A stretch of 63,475 bases of DNA, counting the filler, from Choristocarpus tenellus KU-1152 (Eukaryota > Protista > Phaeophyceae): the NCBI GenBank assembly GCA_964200185.2. It is 10 parts of 10 records of this genome, joined end to end, with 100 filler letters (N's around TTAATTAATTAA, not from the genome) between each part and the next. Parts side by side here need not be neighbours in the genome. Positions count along the whole stretch, not along the records: positions 8,759 to 13,307 come from CAXNAD020014045.1; positions 13,408 to 16,812 come from CAXNAD020020260.1; positions 16,913 to 24,232 come from CAXNAD020006336.1; positions 24,333 to 37,435 come from CAXNAD020001585.1; 6 more parts are not named here. One strand, given 5' to 3'. Below the pieces are notes generated by a model. That model was not told the DNA's origin. It searched no databases and saw only the letters and a program-made list of their open reading frames with translations. Each line of letters begins with the position of its first letter. The stretch's first letter is position 1. Both the position numbers and the translations under genes were made by a program. This document shows, one piece after another, positions 13,282 through 25,235 of this stretch.

Positions 13282-14740
13282 TGATGCACAAGTCGTCAGG
13301 TATGCTGNNNNNNNNNNNNNNNNNNNNNNNNNNNNNNNNNNNNNNNNNNNNTTAATTAATTAANNNNNNNNNNNNNNNNNNNNNNNNNNNNNNNNNNNNN
13401 NNNNNNNCAAATGGACACCCTGGAGTAGACCCACCCCCCCCTCCCAGATACTCTGGGTCTAAAACAAAGATCACGTCAGAGATACCCACCACGATGCGAG
13501 CAGCGATTGAATGGGATTACTAGATTCACGCATCTAGAGAGCGTACGTGAAAATGCATGCAAATGGCCCTCCACTCACCACAACAACACAAAAAATGCGA
13601 TACCATGTATATTAATTTTATCCGCAAACCTTCACAAAAATACTAATGCACTACTTCCTTAGAAGAAATCTTTCTTGGTCGCAAAGGTGTGGATATCTTA
13701 TGTTTCTTCCTACCGTCAGACACCCCCCTTTTGCTTCTGCATATAGTTCGAACATTTTGCCAAACATCGTTGAGGAGATGGTCCAGAGTCTGATTCGTTT
13801 TGATACTTACCCACAGGGCCCTGGCCTCCCATGTATCCATTAATAATCAGCATTTTATACCCTCTTATTAGGCACTTAGATGGCTGAAGATACACACAAA
13901 CCCCACGGTTACACAGGTCTAGACCTTCTCCTTCTATACATACATGCACAGCACCCTAGCACAGCAAACTTCCCCTATCCAGACACAGCCCCCTCCTGTC
14001 CCTTTCCTCCTGGAATGATACCTGGTGGAGATGCTCCTCCTTTTTTCCCCTAAGCGCACAGCCCCCTCAAGTTTACCCAAGGACACCCCCCCACTGTTCC
14101 TTTCCTCCTGGTGCTGCCAAAGAACAGTAACTAATAGCTTGTGGAACTTCCCGTCCTCCTCTCCCCCAGCACAACCCCCCCCTGTCACCCACGCGCAGCT
14201 CTTTGCATATGAGAGGCCTGCAGTATCTCATCCTGGTCATGACAGGTCGGGATTAACCCATCATAGTTATTACTAATGAGAAAAAGGAGTACTTCAACAG
14301 GATTGTCATAACACGTTATTGCAGCAGGTTCCTTCTTCTGGGTGGGTGTATTGCTGAAGGCGGGAGTAATTATGTAGAGACAGAAAGAAATGATTGTGAA
14401 GTGAGGGAACCTCGCTCCCACCTTGGAGTCAAAGTAAACAATAGGTATGCAGTGTTGCATTTTTAGGATGCTGACAAATAAGTGCAAAATTTTGCTACTA
14501 CTGTTATAACTGTGTATAGAACGTTTCCTGGGTTCTGTACAAAATTTCAAACTATGGAGAAATCAACACTCTCAAGTCAAACTTTGCACATCCATAGAAA
14601 TATGGTTGAATTGTAAAAGGGTGAATAACTGACTCAAAATGAAAAATAGCCAAAACCTGGGTACCTCTCGTTTACTTTGCTCTCGACCCTTTTGTATATG
14701 TGTTGATTAGAGAATAGATACTGTAGTTCCCATCACCAAC

Positions 14741-14973
14741 GACCCCAAGTATTTAAGACAGAAGGAGGTTTGCCCTGTTTGTTAGTTCAGGACTTGGCTT
14801 CCCATGTTTTTTTATGCCCTTTTCGATATTCCGTGTGAACACAGCTACCTAGAATTTATACGACTATGAAAGGTGTGTCCGGAGCAAGGATATTGACACT
14901 TGCTAACAAACACCATATCCAAAATTCATCAAAGTCGCAACATTGGATTTATGACCCCGAACGGACACAGCTT
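14741..14973 (+). mobile_element. MITE family A, diverged copy lacking the right TIR
   Basis: Shares internal sequence (aggtgtgtccgga..caaggatattgacactt..caaagtcgcaacattggattt) with the other copies; abuts the Copia LTR region. Confidence 0.75.
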
Positions 14974-14989
14974 CGCAAAATAGGACAAT

Positions 14990-16800
14990 AGTGAGGTGTA
15001 CGTTATTTTGTGTATGAGAGATTATCATTTTGATTGCGTCCATATGATGTAACTAATGAAAAAATACATCAGGATTATGAATGGGAATATGTATGGGTTT
15101 TTATTTTGCATTCAACTAGTTTGACATAATCGTTGACTTATGTAGGAAGCACAAATAATATTAAACAAGCAGTGAGAAGACCCCAGAAAGGTCACTCTTT
15201 TAATTCCACCCATTCTTTTCACGTTCAGCAAAGGGGGTCATGTGAGGCTTCGCACCTTCTTGTCTTCACTATTGATAAATAGCATTACCTCCCAAGGTAA
15301 ATTTCACAGGTTATGAGCCTTAGTATAGTAGTATGGAGACTGACCTGAAGAAACTTGCTGTCTGGACGGGTGGCACAGGAAGGTCATTGGAGACCTGGTC
15401 GACTTGGGAGACTGTCATTGATCACCTACGCTGGAGGAAAGGATTTGTACGAGATTACGACGAGGGACTACGAGATTCCTGAAACACCCACCACCATCTC
15501 GGAAGAGGCAGTGCATACGGCACATGCCACACACACACGAAGAATAACAAGGCGTTATGGTTCCTCCTTCTACAAATGACGAAGGGGTCCACATCGACAA
15601 TTTTGGCAAGATACGAAAATAGGGGTCAACCAGACGGCAGAGGAGCATGGTTAGAATTAGAACGAGTCTACAGTGGACACGCAGAGGACAAGATCCCCGT
15701 ACAAGTCATCATGTTGGAGGCGAAACTCCGAGAATTACGGTGCGTGGCGTCTCAGGACAGCACCGATTTTGTCGTTAAACTCGAACGACTATTTTTGGAA
15801 TTCGAGGAGCTAAGAAGTCCAAATCCGAAAACATGAAGAGGGCATCTATACTGCGTGGGATCAAGGAAGCGATGCCACATGTGTTCACGCAATTAATAAC
15901 GTGCCCGGACATTAGCTATGAGGAGCTCAAATGGGCAATCATCTTGTCGACAACTTACCTTCACTCAGGTCAAGATGGGCATGATGGGGTATTGGCAATG
16001 CATGGCAATGTATGGAACGGCCATGTTTGGAAGACCAGGGGATCAGCTGGAAGTGGCCCCAAACCAAACCAATGTGCATACTGCTTGAAGATGAACCATC
16101 AATGGCGGAAGTGTCGTTTATATTTGAATGGAAAGCCACCTGCAACACGTCCGCCTGGGATGGCACCCGGAACATTTCCGCCACCTCCAACGGGTGGGAG
16201 CAGCAACAAAGTCGACGGAAACCAAGCGCGCTCCTTCTTCACTTTCAAGGTGACAGCAGACGAGGAGGTTAACGAAAGTGCGATGTTCAACTCCTCCAGT
16301 GGAAGGCAAGTCGAGATATTGTGTGATTCTGGAGCAAACAAGAGCAAACGTACATCTTGCACCTGATCGCGAAGATCTCATAAGCACTCGGGGCACCAAA
16401 TGCACATGCACCTTCGGAGACAATGGGAAATTGGAAGTGAAGGAAACCGGGGATATGGTTCTAATGGTGACGGACAAGGATGGCAAACCAGCAAGAGTGG
16501 TTCTGAAGGATGTTCTATGGGTGCCAGGTCTACCATGCCGCATATTGAGTACTGGAAGTATACGACGGAATGGAGGAGAATTTATGGATTCAGGAACAAA
16601 AGAAAGTTATCTGAGGACCTCCAAGAGTTCACAAAAGATAAACCTACAAAAGTTGAGGGGGTTCTTAAATTTGACTGGAACCATAATCACTATGGAACAA
16701 CCCATCAGCAATAAAGCATCTCGAGAAACGTGGACTTTTAGATATCACCAATGCTACTGTGGCGTCAGAAATGCTGCGCGAGACCTGCAAGGAGGCTCAA
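14990..16800 (+). mobile_element. Degenerate Ty1/Copia LTR retrotransposon (5' LTR, PBS, gag, protease), truncated at the contig end
   Basis: Gag motif DGRGAWLELERVY, CCHC zinc knuckle CAYCLKMNHQWRKC, protease ILCDSGAN and Copia pol motif LKDVLWVPGLPCRILS. Frameshifts near 15575, 15833 and 16345. The LTR ends ...TTCACA at 15308 and is followed by the PBS. LTR start is approximate. Confidence 0.93.
15309..15319 (+). promoter_or_regulatory. Primer-binding site complementary to the anticodon arm of initiator tRNA-Met
   Basis: GGTTATGAGCC immediately follows the LTR-terminal CA; it resembles the half-tRNA PBS (GGTTATGGGCCC type) of Drosophila copia-like elements. Confidence 0.75.
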
Positions 16801-17210
16801 AGTATCCGGGGGNNNNNNNNNNNNNNNNNNNNNNNNNNNNNNNNNNNNNNNNNNNNTTAATTAATTAANNNNNNNNNNNNNNNNNNNNNNNNNNNNNNNN
16901 NNNNNNNNNNNNGAGGATGGGAGGCGGCACAGGTTGTTGGTGAGGATCGTTATTGTTGTCGGGGGATGAAGGGGGGGGGGGGTTCTGTTTGGGTGTTGTG
17001 AATCTGAAAAAGAAACATATAGTACGTTGGGGATAGGGTGAAGGTTAGGGTTAGAGTTATCCTGTACGTTGCTGTTAATGACTGTATATGTGGTTTATTA
17101 TTGTGGGTAGTGTGTTTGTGTCAGTGTCAGTTTAGTTGCTATGGCTCTTGATGGTGTGTGAACTCTTTTTGGTGGGGGCTCTGTTGGGGTACGTTAGATG
17201 TTATTGAATA

Positions 17211-17396
17211 CCATCAAAATATCTTGGGGAGGGGAAGATGGTGGTCGTCGATTTGGGGCCCATTTTTCCATGTCGCGATTTTTAGATGATTTGATTGCAT
17301 ACATCGGATGGATTATGTAAGTGCACTTTTTCTGGTCAGGGCCCAAATGGACACTCTGGTGTAGACCCCCACCCCCCCCCCCAGATAATTTGAGCC
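17211..17396 (+). mobile_element. MITE family B copy
   Basis: Colinear with 29593-29770 (tgcatac.tcggatggat.atgtaagtgc; ccagataatttgagcc end). Confidence 0.82.
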
Positions 17397-17544
17397 GTTA
17401 CCATGAGAGTATGCATTGGTATGTGTGTGTATGTGTGTGTATGTGTGTGTATGTGTGTGTGTCTTTATTTGTGTCACCTTCTTATGATCTTTTTTGTTAT
17501 CTGAATGGAATGGCACACACTTCCATACAATTGATGCTGTGCAG

Positions 17545-20500
17545 ATAAGCTCGGGCAAGTCCTGGGGGCACAGGGTGCTCTTCACCAGGCAGAGAAGGCG
17601 CATCAGTCGTGGGTGGACAGACTGCAGGGGGAGAAGGGGAACATGAGTGCAGGGACAGAGCAGGACCTGGCTGTTGCACTGGACAGACTTATCTCTGTGC
17701 GGCGTGGTCAGGTGAGGATAGGGTTAGGGTTGGGGTTAGGGTTGGGGTTAGGGTTGGGGTTAGGGATGGGGTTGTTTTTCCAGGGTAGGGGGGTTAATGA
17801 TACCCTCTATTGTTGTCTGTCAAGGTAGGTATCGGGAATGTTGGTGTGGTCATGGGGGAGGAGGGGGATTGATGATATGTCTTATATATATATATGTAGG
17901 GCTCATGAGAGAGGAACCAGCGACGACGGTGCTCTGTGTCGAGCTTGTACCTTTTATTGTCAGTGGTGTACCTACTAGTGATATGTCAAGCTGTGGTGTG
18001 TTTTTTTTGTTAATGGCAATTGTTGATTTTTCTTGTTGTGTATTGTTGTGGTATGTTGTTCGGTGAGGTACATAACAGAGGATATTTTTAACTTGGCGTT
18101 GTGTCTGTCCTATTCTGTTCTATTTAAATTGTTCTATTTTATTGCACTTTTCATTTCCTCTATTTTGTTTCCGCATTATTGCCCTGTTGTATCTTCTGAC
18201 TCCGTAGTTGATTGTTTGAAGAGGTTTTCGAAACATCTGAAGGGAATGTAATCCCACCCGTTTTTCAGTTTTTCTTATTTTTTGAGTAGATGGTTCTGAC
18301 CAATCAAAAGAGTCGATGAAGGTGCCATGCAGCGCTCACCGCCGTTGTGTGATTTAGAGGAGAGATGACAATCTCGATAGGTGTATATACATATTAGTAT
18401 ATACATAGATATCAATACCTGGACAGTGGTTTAAAACAACGGATGGGGGGGGCTCAAACAAGTATGAAACGACTTTGTGTTGGAAACCTAAAGTGGTCAT
18501 CCTTCTTTCTTTGTCAAGTTCAGTTCATTGATAGCAGTTGCATCACTGGTATTACTATTAGGGTTAGGGTTGGGGTTAGGGCTGGGGAAAAGGTAGCAGT
18601 AGGTTGGAGGATCTTGTATCTCCACCAGGAGAACGTGGTTTTTAGTTCTAGTTTGACAAGTATCATGTATACTACTGTAGTAATAGTGAAATAATAGTAG
18701 TAATAATTAATGTTGTACTTGCTCTCTTTGTTTAACATCAGTTCTAACAGTTTGAAGGGTGATTATTATACCATATGCCAGATTGTGAAGGCCTTTCTTG
18801 TGGTCTTGCAATGGACGGCAGAGAACACGTATAGGTTGAGCCTGTTTTGCCTAGATTTTACGGTAGCATCATGACGAGTACTTTGCGAGACCCACACAAA
18901 TGATGAAAGTGTGGTATCAAAGTGTGCATTTATGGAACAATAGACGACCCCACAAACTGTTTGGACTCGTCCTGAACAGAGGAGTCATATGTGATTCTGT
19001 TATTAATGGCAATGGTGGGGTACATGGACGAGGCAGCAACCCCTCGATCCTCCACAAGTGTTACCCTAAATGTTGAAACCTCTCCCTATCAGGGCTCTTA
19101 GCTTGATGATGCTCTTTGAAATGACATCGAAAGTAGAAACCGTTGGGCTGCAGTTGACATGAAAATGGGTGTGGTCATCTAAAAGAAGGGGTACAATATC
19201 AGGAACCAACACAGCACCATCCGATTTCCCAGTAGGATGGGAGGAAAAGTTGAAGACTGAAGGTTGCAGCTTAAGGTTAGTTTGAAGTGCTCTTCGTTGG
19301 ACACACAGCAATGACTGTACCGTGTTGTTATTCTTACGATGAAATGTAGTGATTATTGTCAGGATTAAATATTGTGATTAGCCGTATGGTCAGTGTTGTG
19401 ATTATTATCATTTTTGTTGTAATTAATGTGATTATTATTATGAGTATTATTTTGATTATATATTGTGATTGGTATTACGATTGATGTTTTGATTATTATT
19501 TTGATTATATATTGTGATTATTATTATTTTTGTTGTGATTATTGTGGCGAATATATTTATGATTAAATGTTGTGATTATATTTATGATTGATGTTGTGAT
19601 TAGTATTATGATCTTTGTTATGATTGATGTTCCGATTAGTATTGTTATGTTGAGATTATTATTATGATTAAGATTGTGATTATTGTTATGATTAATGCTG
19701 AGATTATCATCATGATTGATGTTGTGATTACTGTGTTGTTGCGTGGTGTTAACTGCAGGGTAAGAATAGCGACAACCAGATGTGGGCAAGGTTACAGTGG
19801 ACGGAAATCTGTACGGGAAGGATTCACTGGAGCTCGCTGGCAGCATGGACCAGCTGGGAGAGTCTCTGGTGAACAAGAAAAAAATTCAGTGAGGCAGAGC
19901 CGCTCCTGAGGTGTGCTCTTCTGATCAAGGAGAAGAAGCTGGGGGCGGACCACCCCATCTACGCCAGGTGAGTGCTGGGGGGTTATTTGTTGCTGACCAT
20001 TATTTTTTATCTTAGACCCACAAACAAAAAAAGTATCCTAAAATTTCCGATTTTTCCGAGGTATTTCTTAGGGGATATGGGGGAATGGGAACTGAGGGGC
20101 CTGTGTCTTTTCTTTTTTTTTAATATTTGAAAAAGAAGAAAAAGAAACATTTGTCGTACGAGGTAAGGAACGGGTGGGCCTTGAACGTTTTTGTCAACAA
20201 AATATAATAATAAAAAGCTTTTATATAATTTTTTGATGTCTTGAGTTAGGGTGAGATCTTCGGGATTGTTTGTCTCTTATTATTGGAGAAAAGAAATAGT
20301 TGATTTTTGAGGCAGCATATACACTACTCATACAGCAATAGTATACAGTTAATGTTAAGAAATATGAGTGGAAGCTGGGGTTCTTCCCATCAGTGAAAGA
20401 TTTAGGCATTTTCTCCATTTGGTGACATTTTTCACTTCATTTGCTGCTCTTTATCTTATGCGATCTCTCTCTCTCTGTGATTGTCTGCATGTGCTCCTTC

Positions 20501-23373
20501 TCTTGGTGAAGGGCTATGCGTTCCCTTGGTCACCTTCTGTATGAGCAGAATGGTCTTAATGAGGCAGCGGAGCTCTTTGAGAAGGCGCTATCCATAGAGA
20601 AGAAGGTATACGCTTTTGGTGATTTTTGAACGGGTGTTCTAGTGCTATCTGTGATTGTCATCTTCACACTGATTCCGTAATACATACATTGAATGTGATA
20701 CATTGAAGTACCCTTCGTGTGCATGGGTCCAACTTATAATGAACATGAAAATAAATATATTAATCATAATGATACCACTCTTGTTCAAACTTGTTGCTGA
20801 CTCTTAATCATGAACACAATTCTTTCTTATGTCTCATCTCTTTGCCTGCCTGTCTGCCTGTCTGTCTGTCTGTCTGCCTGCCTGTCCTCTGGATATTGCT
20901 TCTTCTTATTCTTCTTTGTGTGTGGAATAATAAATATGTCGTAATATACAAATGGCAACAACTACAATAACTGTATCCATACAAGACTCGCGGCCCAAAC
21001 AGCTTGGAGGCGATAACCAATATGAAGTCGCTTGGCATGGTGTACTGTAAACAGGGAAGCTATGAAACAGCGGAGGGGCTGTACAGGCAGTGAGTACCAA
21101 AGACAAGATTAACAAATATAAATGAATAAATAAGAATATTTATTTCTGATGTTTCTTTTCATCTTTTGCCACATACACTGTGTAAGGTTTCATTGTTGTA
21201 GCTGCAAGTTGGTCGGGATTTGCACAAATGTGTTGTTGTGGGTTAATATTATTTTATCAAGAGAATGTGGTCCATGACTGTGTAATACAATGAGTTATTT
21301 TTCTATTTTCATTCTGTTTTTTATTTCCGCTTGTTTTGGACGTTCCCTGTTCTTAAGTCTATTCTTGGAAGTACAAAACTAAGGCGGACATGGCGGGGTC
21401 CTCCTCTTACCCTGATGATGTCTTAGACTGGGTAAGACACATACACACACACCCACACACACACATTGAAAGGAGTTGTTTGTACCCCTCAAGGACCTCA
21501 ATAGAGCAAGTATATGTCTGTGGATATATGTCCCGATAATTATTACAACAAGCTATGAACAAACCCAGACTGAGTCATTGTTGATGTACATTCTGGGCTG
21601 TACCCTCAACCGAGATAGTTTGACATGAGTGCATAGAGATTTATCGAGGCTGTGGAAGAGCTGTGGTACCCAAATGGTGACATTAGTGGTGTATTGGTAT
21701 CAAGAACCTCGTCAGCTTGATTGAAGTCGCCCTTGAGAGAGGATTGCAGCCTTAGGGTAGAGCTCCGCGCTCACCTCCATCTCTCTGGTCCCTCAGTGTA
21801 AGGTTGTTTATTTTGTCAATCGTTGGTACCTTATTTTTGTTGGTGTAATTTCTTTTTTGTGTGAGGGGAAGTTGGGGGATGTTCAATGTAGTCTTGGTTA
21901 GTTTGCTCTTTTTTCTCCTTTCCCACCGTATGTATATATATATATGTGTGTATGTTCCCTCCTTTGCCTGGCACCAAACGTTTGAACTTGACATTTCGAT
22001 CAACCAATCAGAGTGTGCCCTTCGCGATGATGATCAGATTCTATATATTTTTTGGAAGAGTTACACGGCAAGTGAAAAAGTCTAGTGAACTGTTACCGTC
22101 ATGTTGTTAAAATGAATTTGAAAGGAGGAAGTACCATTTTTTCTCAAGACTATTAGTAGAGGTAATTCAATTAGGCCCTAAACTATTTTGTTACTTTTTC
22201 TCACTATTGTTTTTTTGTAAGAATATTATCAGGCTCTTTTATATTTTTTGGTGTACGAAACAAGAACAGAAAAGAATAGAAGTTCAATGAGTAATGCTGC
22301 CACTCCCCTCCTTACCAGTTTGAAGATCCGTTGCGATCTTCATTCAAAACCCTAACCCTTTCCTCTGGCTAATCCAAAACGTATGGGTGTTGTAGAGAGG
22401 TAAGGTAGCCCTGGCACGATTTTTCCTCACAATTTATTGGTATTTTTATTTTTATTGGCAGATGTACTCTCGATATAGTCTTGAGATTTAGATGTAGGGA
22501 TGGTGGAATTGTTGGTACAGTGTCATCGTGCAACTTTATGACAATCCAGTGACGTTTTGATGAGTTGGGCTTATGCTGTGAGAGGTAGATTGTTTGTTGC
22601 CATCTTGAACCATTGACCTCCCAATATGTTGTCAGTGACTATACCTCTAATGGTTTGTCATCGAATTCGAGATGTCACTAGCAACTCTGGTATATGCGCT
22701 TTCCTGGCCTGGAGGTGATGAAGGATAAACTCAACTGAAGGGATTTTTCAAGTGTTTTAATAGACGTATTTAGATATGATACACCAATGGTAGTAGTAGT
22801 GGTAGTGCTAATGGTAGTAGTAATGGTAGTGGTAGTAGCAGTAGTAGTAGTAGTACTAGTAGTGGTAATGGTAGTAGTAGTAGCAGTAGTAGTTGTGGTG
22901 GTATTGGTGGTAGTAGTAGTAGTAACAGTAGTAATAGTAGTAGTGGTATTGGTGGTAGTGCCATTAATAGTGGTAGTATTATGTTATTGTTGGAGTTCCT
23001 TGTGATACTGATCTGTAGTATGATGAAGAGTTTTGTTTTGTTGTTATTATGTACATACATGGGTGTTCGTGAGCCTTGATTTATATTTAAACATGTGTTG
23101 CTTAACTCAACATTAGGATGAGTGTGCACTTCAAAGTGTGTTTTTTTCGGGGGGTTTTCAATTTGCCATGCTTTTGTGTGATACACTTGATACACTTGTG
23201 CTTTCTGTTCTCGTTTTTTTTTAAATTTTGAACCAGAAAACAAGCTTTTGTTTGTTTTGTTCAGGGTTGTGGAAATTGACAAGGCGGCAAAGGGGGGTGA
23301 GGATAACGTGGAGGTGATGACAGAGCTGAACGTGCTTGCAGTACTACTCTATGCGCAGAAGAAACTGGATGCG
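17545..23373 (+). CDS. TPR-repeat protein (kinesin light chain / TPR_12 type), partial, with an apparent frameshift
   Basis: Exons 17545-17711, ~19780-19967, 20512-20605, 20986-21089 and 23265-23373; phases of the last four chain correctly. Translation includes FSEAEPLLRCALLIKEKKLGADHPIYARAMRSLGHLLYEQNGLNEAAELFEKALSIEKKTRGPNSLEAITNMKSLGMVYCKQGSYETAEGLYRQVVEIDK. One extra A in the A7 run at 19878-19884. Confidence 0.85.
17720..17766 (+). repeat. Interstitial telomere-like repeat with alternating TTAGGG/TTGGGG
   Basis: agggttagggttggggttagggttggggttagggttggggttaggg, about 8 nt after a splice donor. Confidence 0.85.
19330..19735 (+). repeat. Degenerate ATT/GTT/GAT low-complexity tract (intronic)
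   Basis: Run of tgattatt/tgttgtgat units. Confidence 0.85.
22786..22982 (+). repeat. (GTA/GTG)n microsatellite (intronic)
   Basis: Direct inspection; explains the poly-Val and poly-Leu ORFs in the track. Confidence 0.95.
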
Positions 23374-24332
23374 GTGAGAGGCAAAAGTACTACGGCAATG
23401 ATCGTGTGATGTAGTTTAACAGATAGTTCATAAAATAAGAAAAAATGTATTATAAATATTATCTATTTTTGTCAAATTTAGTAGTATCAAGCTTCTTTCA
23501 ATGGGAGGCGGTTGAGGCTGTCCATTTGGGGTCAATTTTTTCATGTCTCGAGTTTTGGATAATTTAGTTCCTTATGCTGGATGGATAATGAAAGTTCACT
23601 TTTCCTGGTTTTCGTTGAAATGGACACTCTTGTGTAGATCCCGGCGGTCCCCCCACCATCAAAAAAAAAAAAAGTAAGTAAAAGAAGATATANNNNNNNN
23701 NNTTTTTTTTTTTCTTTTGGTGTGTGGGTTATTAATATTTTTTTTTTTTTGTTTTTGGTGAAAAGGCAACTTTTTGTTGATTCCCCCCCCCCCCCCCCCC
23801 CAGATACTTAGGGTCAATGTGTTTTCAAAGCATAATGGTTACAATGGTGTTATGGTAGAGTTGTGGAATGATCAGAGCGTGGTGCTTTGGTGTTGCAGGT
23901 GGGAAGTGCGGAGTCTCCAACGTTTTGTGTGTGGGACATAAACTTGATCCAGATACCCTGTGTTAGTTGCATAGTTTTAGTTAGTTTTAGTTTTGTGTTG
24001 CCCTCCCTATCCCGAACTCTGGCATTACCCATGTCATTGTAAAAGTGTTGCTGTACCTCTCTTTGTCTTTTTTATTTGGGGGGGGGAAGTGCATTGGTTT
24101 ATGGTGTGAAGTTTGTGTGCTAATTCAGTAGTGTACTAGCACATAGATAATAGTGTTGGCATTATGTAGTATGTGACCCAAAGTATCTGGGGGGGGGGGG
24201 GGTTACGACAGGGGTGTCCATGTGGGTCAAAANNNNNNNNNNNNNNNNNNNNNNNNNNNNNNNNNNNNNNNNNNNNTTAATTAATTAANNNNNNNNNNNN
24301 NNNNNNNNNNNNNNNNNNNNNNNNNNNNNNNN

Positions 24333-24493
24333 GGGGGGGAGTCTAAACCAGGGTGTCCATTTGAGCGCTGACCAGGAAAAGTGCACTTACATGATCCATC
24401 CGACGCATGCAACCAAATCACACAAAAATGGCGACGTGGAAAAATGGGCCCTGAATGGACAGCCGCCGCCACCCCCCCCAGATACTCTGAGCC
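24333..24493 (-). mobile_element. MITE family B copy at a contig start
   Basis: Reverse-complement match to the 29593 copy. Further partial copies at about 1-94, 13050-13083, 13408-13459, 16794-16812, 23500-23815, 24175-24232, 43100-43157 and 60303-60368. Confidence 0.8.
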
Positions 24494-24976
24494 TGACAAC
24501 CACATTTCATGTGGGCTGTAGGCAACTGCGTATTGTGAAGCTGACAGAACTATTTATTTCATGTGGGATATCAAATAGATATGAGGAGTCTCATGGACAT
24601 ATGGGAACATAAAACAATACCAAGTGTATGAGAAGACCCTACTGTGTGCACTACAGCTCCTTAGGGCAATGATAACACAGACACTCAACCTCAACTTCTT
24701 ATATTACTTGCAAGCCATATTCTGTATACAACAGTCCCAAAGTAGAACCCTGCAGTTACCGTACTACCTGTTTCGTTCATGACCCATTCAACTCACCCAT
24801 CATTGTGCCTGGACATATCAAACCAATAAAGCCCACAGTTGAGGAGCAATTGCACTTCCGTTCATGGCGATACATTAGCCCCCAAACACTCAGGGTGGAA
24901 ATGGGAATATCACAGGAGATGGATGCATTGGAGGCCAGCTACAAGGTGTGGATCGTTCAATGTGTTGAATAGTGCA

Positions 24977-25235
24977 GAGCGAAAGTATCTTAGAGGGTAC
25001 GAATTTTGCCCTGTTTGTCCATTTGGGGCTTGGCTTCCCATGTTTATTTTTATGATATCGTTTTACTCCAAGATGTTTTGGAGTAGGCAAAATGTGTATG
25101 TTACAAAAAGGTGTGTCCGGAACAAGGATATTGACACTTCCTAGCAAACACAATAGCCAAAATTACATCAAAATTGCAACATTGGATTTTGACCTCCAAA
25201 TGGAGACGGCTCTACCCTCTAAGATACTTAGGCTC
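24977..25235 (+). mobile_element. MITE family A, complete, TSD TGCA
   Basis: tgca|GAGCGAAAGTATCTTAGAGGGTA...TACCCTCTAAGATACTTAGGCTC|tgca. Confidence 0.92.

Noticed and set aside
19505-19909. Asn/His/Ile-rich ORFs
   Set aside because: A low-complexity intronic tract plus off-frame reading of a TPR exon.
22770-23282. Poly-Leu/Pro and poly-Val ORFs
   Set aside because: Translations of an intronic (GTA)n microsatellite.
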